Positions 60,237 through 64,000 of a stretch of 64,000 nucleotides of DNA are shown in pieces. How positions within the stretch are numbered: the stretch's first letter is position 1; each line of letters starts with the position of its first letter. This stretch comes from an uncultured Gemmatimonadales bacterium. GTDB lineage: Bacteria > Gemmatimonadota > Gemmatimonadetes > Longimicrobiales > RSA9. Made by a program: the position numbers and the translations under genes. Where the stretch lies: NCBI GenBank assembly GCA_963798085.1, contig CAWCRS010000004.1:1-64000 (forward strand), written 5' to 3'. The notes below the pieces were generated by a model, which did no database searches, had not been told where the DNA came from, and saw only the letters and a program-made list of their open reading frames with translations.

Positions 60237-62339
60237 ATGACCAGCGCCGGTTTCCACGAACGATATCAGGTTCTGCAGCAGGTGAGCGACGGACCCGTCC
60301 GCTCGTTTCACGCCATGGCCGCTACCGGCGCCGTCGTCATGGTGCACTTCGTCGCTGCAGGCGACGACACGCGGCATCGCATTCTCGGGCTGATCGACCG
60401 GCTCCGACCCGCCGAGCGAAAGCGCGTCGTCGAGACCGCAGACGTGGACCAGAGCTTCGTCATCGTCACCCGTTTCATTCTCGACTTCACCTCGCTCGAG
60501 GCCTGGCTGCTCGCGCATCAGGCGGACGCCTCGAGTACCGGTCCCTTCGCGGTCGCGCGTGAGCATACCGGGGGTCAGGCGACGACGCCGCCGCAGCGCC
60601 CGGTCCCGCCGCCGGCAATGTCGCTCCAGCCGCCGGGTCCGCCCATCGCGCGTCCACCGGCCGGCGCCACTTTCGCTCCACCGCCGCGGCCACTCACTCC
60701 GCCGCCCCTGCCGCCGGTCGCGCCGCTGCAGCCGGTGGCCAGCCGGCCGCCCGTGCCGCCGCCCGCGCCGCCCATGCCGCCACCGCCACCCCCGGCGCCC
60801 CCGGCGCCCCCGGCGCCGCCGGCCGGTAAGCCGCCGGGCGAATTCACCATGATGTTCGCGAACCCAAACCCGGCCGGGGCGCCGGCTTCCCCACCGCCAC
60901 CGGCCGCGGTTCCGCCCTCACCGCCGCCCTTCACGCCACCGCCGCCACCACCGCCAGCGCCTCCCGTGGCGAGCAAGCCGCCCGGCGATTTTACCATGAT
61001 GTTCGCGAAGCCCGAGGCTCCGGCGGGCCAGCCAGCCCCGGCAGGAATGATGCCCGCCCCGCTGCCACCGCCGCCGGCCCAGCCGCCACCGGCGCCGCCC
61101 GTGCAACCGCCGCCACCGCCACCACCTCCAGCGAAACAGCCCGGCGATTTCACGCTGATGTTCATGAAAGCGCCCGGCGAACTGACGGCAAACGCACCCG
61201 CCGTGCAGCCGCCGGCCGTGACGCCGCCAGCGCCTCCAGCGCCGCCCGCTCCGACTCAAGCGCCACCCGCGCTTCCGGCATCACCGCCGCCACCACCGGC
61301 GTTCGCGGCGCCGCAGCCACCGATCTTCGCGGCACCCGTACGGCCACCGCCGCCGCTGGCGCAGCCGCCGGCAGCCCCGCCGCCCATGCCGCCGCAGGCG
61401 CCACCTGTCTGGTCGCCGGCGACCCGGCCAATCTCGCCGCAGCCACCAATGGCGCAGCCGCCCGCACCGCCATCGGCGCCGGGTGACTTCACGCGCATTT
61501 TCCGCCACGAGAGCGGTCCGCCTCCCCCGGCCTCGCCCGGGATGCCCCCCGCAGGGGCTACGGGCAGCTTCGCGATTCCCGGTCCATTCGCGCCCCAGGC
61601 GGCGCCGCCGCCCGCGCCGCCGAGGCCGGCCTCGCCACCCCCTCCGCCAGCGCAACCCGCGGCGCCCGGCGAATTCACCCAGCTTTTCGCGGGGCCGGCG
61701 CAGCCGTCAGCAGCGCCGCCGCCACCACCGGCACCGCCCGGGCGCATGCCGGGAGCGACATCGCCGGGCAGCATCGGCCCGAGCGACAACTACCTCGACC
61801 GGCTCAGCTCACCGAGTTCGTTCAGTGCCGGCCCGACGCCGTCTTCCGCGGCCACGCCGCCTGCGCCGGGCGCCGCCAATCCGAAGGAACCGGGCGAGTT
61901 CACGAAGATGGTGCGGGGCGCCGGTGCTCAGCCCAGACCGCCGTCGACACGGCCGCCGACACCGGCGCTGACGCGGCCGCCTTTTGCGACGCCTCACATG
62001 CCCGGCATGACTCCGCCACCGCCTCCTCCCACGCCGCAGGGGCCGAGCGAATTCACGCGCATCGTGTCCGCCGCACACATGGCGCCGCCACCCGCGCCTG
62101 CGCCGCCGCCACCGCCACCACCTCCAAGGGTCGTGGCGGCGCCACCGCCCAACCCGAACCAGAAGCTGCTGATCATCGGGCTGATCGTGATTGCGGTTCT
62201 GGCGCTGGTGCTGATCCTGGTGTTCGCATTGCGCCCGCAGGCGTCGCCCGCGACCTCGCCGGGCAATGTGCCGGCGGCGGGCGCGCCGGCCGCTCCGGCG
62301 GGCAGCTCCTCGCCGGGGGCTGCGGGATCCGGCTCCTGA
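60237..62339 (+). CDS. Pro-rich membrane protein with seven [GS][ED]FTxx(hydrophobic) repeats
   Basis: About 95-aa globular N-terminus, Pro/Ala-rich region with the recurrent motif, TM LLIIGLIVIAVLALVLILVFAL near the C-terminus. Confidence 0.8.
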   Translation: MTSAGFHERYQVLQQVSDGPVRSFHAMAATGAVVMVHFVAAGDDTRHRILGLIDRLRPAERKRVVETADVDQSFVIVTRFILDFTSLEAWLLAHQADASSTGPFAVAREHTGGQATTPPQRPVPPPAMSLQPPGPPIARPPAGATFAPPPRPLTPPPLPPVAPLQPVASRPPVPPPAPPMPPPPPPAPPAPPAPPAGKPPGEFTMMFANPNPAGAPASPPPPAAVPPSPPPFTPPPPPPPAPPVASKPPGDFTMMFAKPEAPAGQPAPAGMMPAPLPPPPAQPPPAPPVQPPPPPPPPAKQPGDFTLMFMKAPGELTANAPAVQPPAVTPPAPPAPPAPTQAPPALPASPPPPPAFAAPQPPIFAAPVRPPPPLAQPPAAPPPMPPQAPPVWSPATRPISPQPPMAQPPAPPSAPGDFTRIFRHESGPPPPASPGMPPAGATGSFAIPGPFAPQAAPPPAPPRPASPPPPPAQPAAPGEFTQLFAGPAQPSAAPPPPPAPPGRMPGATSPGSIGPSDNYLDRLSSPSSFSAGPTPSSAATPPAPGAANPKEPGEFTKMVRGAGAQPRPPSTRPPTPALTRPPFATPHMPGMTPPPPPPTPQGPSEFTRIVSAAHMAPPPAPAPPPPPPPPRVVAAPPPNPNQKLLIIGLIVIAVLALVLILVFALRPQASPATSPGNVPAAGAPAAPAGSSSPGAAGSGS

Positions 62340-62348
62340 ACGCTGCGC

Positions 62349-63704
62349 TCAGCGGGCGGGGGGCAGGAGGATGACCAGCTCGAGCCGTGGATTGGGCAGG
62401 TCGGACGGCACGTAGACCGCCAGATTTCTCGCCACCTTGATCGAGTCCCAGTCGCTGCCCGTCAGGTCCAGCGCGAAGTACTGATAGTCGAGGCGCACGG
62501 GCAGGGCGCTGGGTGGATTGGCTACGTAGCTGAGCGACAGGCCGGGCAGAGCCCGCTTGATCAGCCGGTCCAGCTGGTCCGCCGAGCTGACTTTCAGCAA
62601 CTGCGGCGCCTTGCGCGACAGTTCTTCCGGCTTCACATCCGCGGCCACGGCCAGGTACATCTGTGTCGACTTCAGGTAGCGCTCCTGATCGATGGCCGCG
62701 GCGTAGACGGCGGGTTCCGTCAGGCGCAGCGGCAGCGACGCATGGTTCGACGGCACCACGGTCTCGAGCAGCTCCCGCACCATGTCATCCAGCTGCGCGA
62801 AGCAGGTGGAGAGGTTGCTGTGGTCGTACTCCGGCAGCATGCGCGGGTGCACGGTGGTGGAGAAGGTGGTCAGCGCGCCCGCCAGCCCGAGCATTGCGCC
62901 GTACAGCTCGACGGGGTGACCGTGCCGGGTCTCGAAGAGATGGCGGAACTCCGGTAGCCACGTGTTCATCGTATAGAGCAGCCAGAAATTGGCGACATCG
63001 GACACGCCGAAGTCGGCCAGGCCGAGATTGCGCTGCCGGCGTGAGCCCGAGAGGCTGGTGCTGCGCGCCGAGAGCTGCTCGACGAGGCGGCGGGCATAGC
63101 CCATGAGGTGGTCGCTCGCGGCAATGTCGATCAGCGGCGGCACGAACACGGGGTCGAGCTGGAACACGCCCGCCACCGAACGTGTGATGCGCGCCAGCGG
63201 GATCGTGGAATTGCCTTCCAGCGTTTCGCCCTCGATCACGAGCCGGAGATTCTTGCGCGCCACCTGGATCGGCTTCTCGCCCTTGCCGGTGTTCTCGTCC
63301 CGGCGGTTCACGACTTCCGCTATGAAGCGCGTCTGCCGGTCCACCGCGTTGGTGGAGACGTTGTAGCCGCCGAAGCGCAGCTCGGGCACACCCAGCCACA
63401 CGTGCAGCGCATCGCGATCCGGATGCCAATGCTCCTCGATGGGCCGGGGCGCGGGCGACGGCTCCGAGCGCGGTACATCGAAAGGCAACCCATCGGGGAA
63501 GATCCCGGCCGCGTCCGTCACCGCCAGCTCGCCGCCCGCGAGCGCCTCGCGGTCGATCTCCAGGCGGGCGAAGCCCCACGGACAGAACGTCAGCGAGCCC
63601 AACTGGAAATGGAGCAGCGTCTCCAGAAACCGGTCCTGCGTCTGCAGGTGCTGCGGCGTGAGCAGCACGCCCTTGGTCCAGAGGACCTTCTGCATCTGGG
63701 TCAT
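62349..63704 (-). CDS. tssK: type VI secretion baseplate TssK, copy 2
   Basis: VLWTKGVLLTPQHLQTQD, FVPPL, VANFWLL, HPVELY, YDHSNL, ALPGL, YQYF. Confidence 0.92.
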   Translation of the reverse strand: MTQMQKVLWTKGVLLTPQHLQTQDRFLETLLHFQLGSLTFCPWGFARLEIDREALAGGELAVTDAAGIFPDGLPFDVPRSEPSPAPRPIEEHWHPDRDALHVWLGVPELRFGGYNVSTNAVDRQTRFIAEVVNRRDENTGKGEKPIQVARKNLRLVIEGETLEGNSTIPLARITRSVAGVFQLDPVFVPPLIDIAASDHLMGYARRLVEQLSARSTSLSGSRRQRNLGLADFGVSDVANFWLLYTMNTWLPEFRHLFETRHGHPVELYGAMLGLAGALTTFSTTVHPRMLPEYDHSNLSTCFAQLDDMVRELLETVVPSNHASLPLRLTEPAVYAAAIDQERYLKSTQMYLAVAADVKPEELSRKAPQLLKVSSADQLDRLIKRALPGLSLSYVANPPSALPVRLDYQYFALDLTGSDWDSIKVARNLAVYVPSDLPNPRLELVILLPPAR

Positions 63705-63773
63705 TGCACGGACTCGACTGCGCTGCTCGGGCTGGGGATCACGAACAACGAACGAACTGCGTTGCTGGCGCGG

Positions 63774-63840
63774 GTTGCCGGGGCTGGTTGCCGGGGAACG
63801 GCGACGGGTTCAACTGCGTTGCCGGGGCTGGTTGCCGGGG
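63774..63840. repeat. duplicated 23-bp GTTGCCGGGGCTGGTTGCCGGGG upstream of tssK-2
   Basis: Exact copies at 63774-63796 and 63818-63840, each with two GTTGCCGGGG units. Confidence 0.7.
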
Positions 63841-64000
63841 CTCTTTGCTCGGAAACCAATGCAGCCGCGCGAGCCCGTGCGCAGCGCGAGCCTTCGACAC
63901 GGAGCACGTCCGCCTCTTCCGCCCCGCTCGTGAGTCGCGGATTCCGCCACATCATTCTGCCGCCTTCCATGCCGCTACCGTTCATCGCCGGTCATTCACT

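Noticed and set aside
63701..63985. 94-aa ORF upstream of tssK-2
   Set aside because: No recognisable motifs, overlaps short repeats and lies at the window edge; cannot be supported

Overview
A high-GC bacterial window. The PadR plus ADOP permease pair, SusC/short-SusD pair and Ig/RCC1 lipoproteins suggest a Gemmatimonadota-like lineage (inference). Many single-base frameshifts point to an error-prone long-read consensus. Left part (0-26 kb): PadR and ABC permease, a PAS-PAS-GGDEF-EAL protein, a Tat-exported molybdoenzyme with a cytochrome b partner and a small Met-rich lipoprotein, a SusC/SusD locus with three Asp-box beta-propeller paralogs and an amidohydrolase, two PPIases, a Ku 3' remnant and glnA. 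Right part (27-64 kb) is the most interesting. It holds a type VI secretion membrane/baseplate block (two tssK, tssL, tssM) followed on the same strand by a Ser/Thr kinase, a PP2C phosphatase and an FHA-trypsin protease. Next come a TPR-CsgG-like lipoprotein with a beta-barrel partner and a tightly coupled redox operon: three multiheme c cytochromes (23 CxxCH motifs), a barrel, a 2x cNMP-fold/4x[4Fe-4S] protein, a 4-His membrane protein, a double-FHA protein and an FAD oxidoreductase-2xFHA-[2Fe-2S] fusion. A paralogous TPR-CsgG plus barrel pair lies on the opposite strand, between two surface lipoproteins that share an N-terminal domain. A Pro-rich membrane protein with seven G/S-[ED]-F-T-x-x-hydrophobic repeats sits between the two tssK genes. 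No rRNA, tRNA, CRISPR array or transposase was recognised. All homology calls are motif recognition by eye, not database results.
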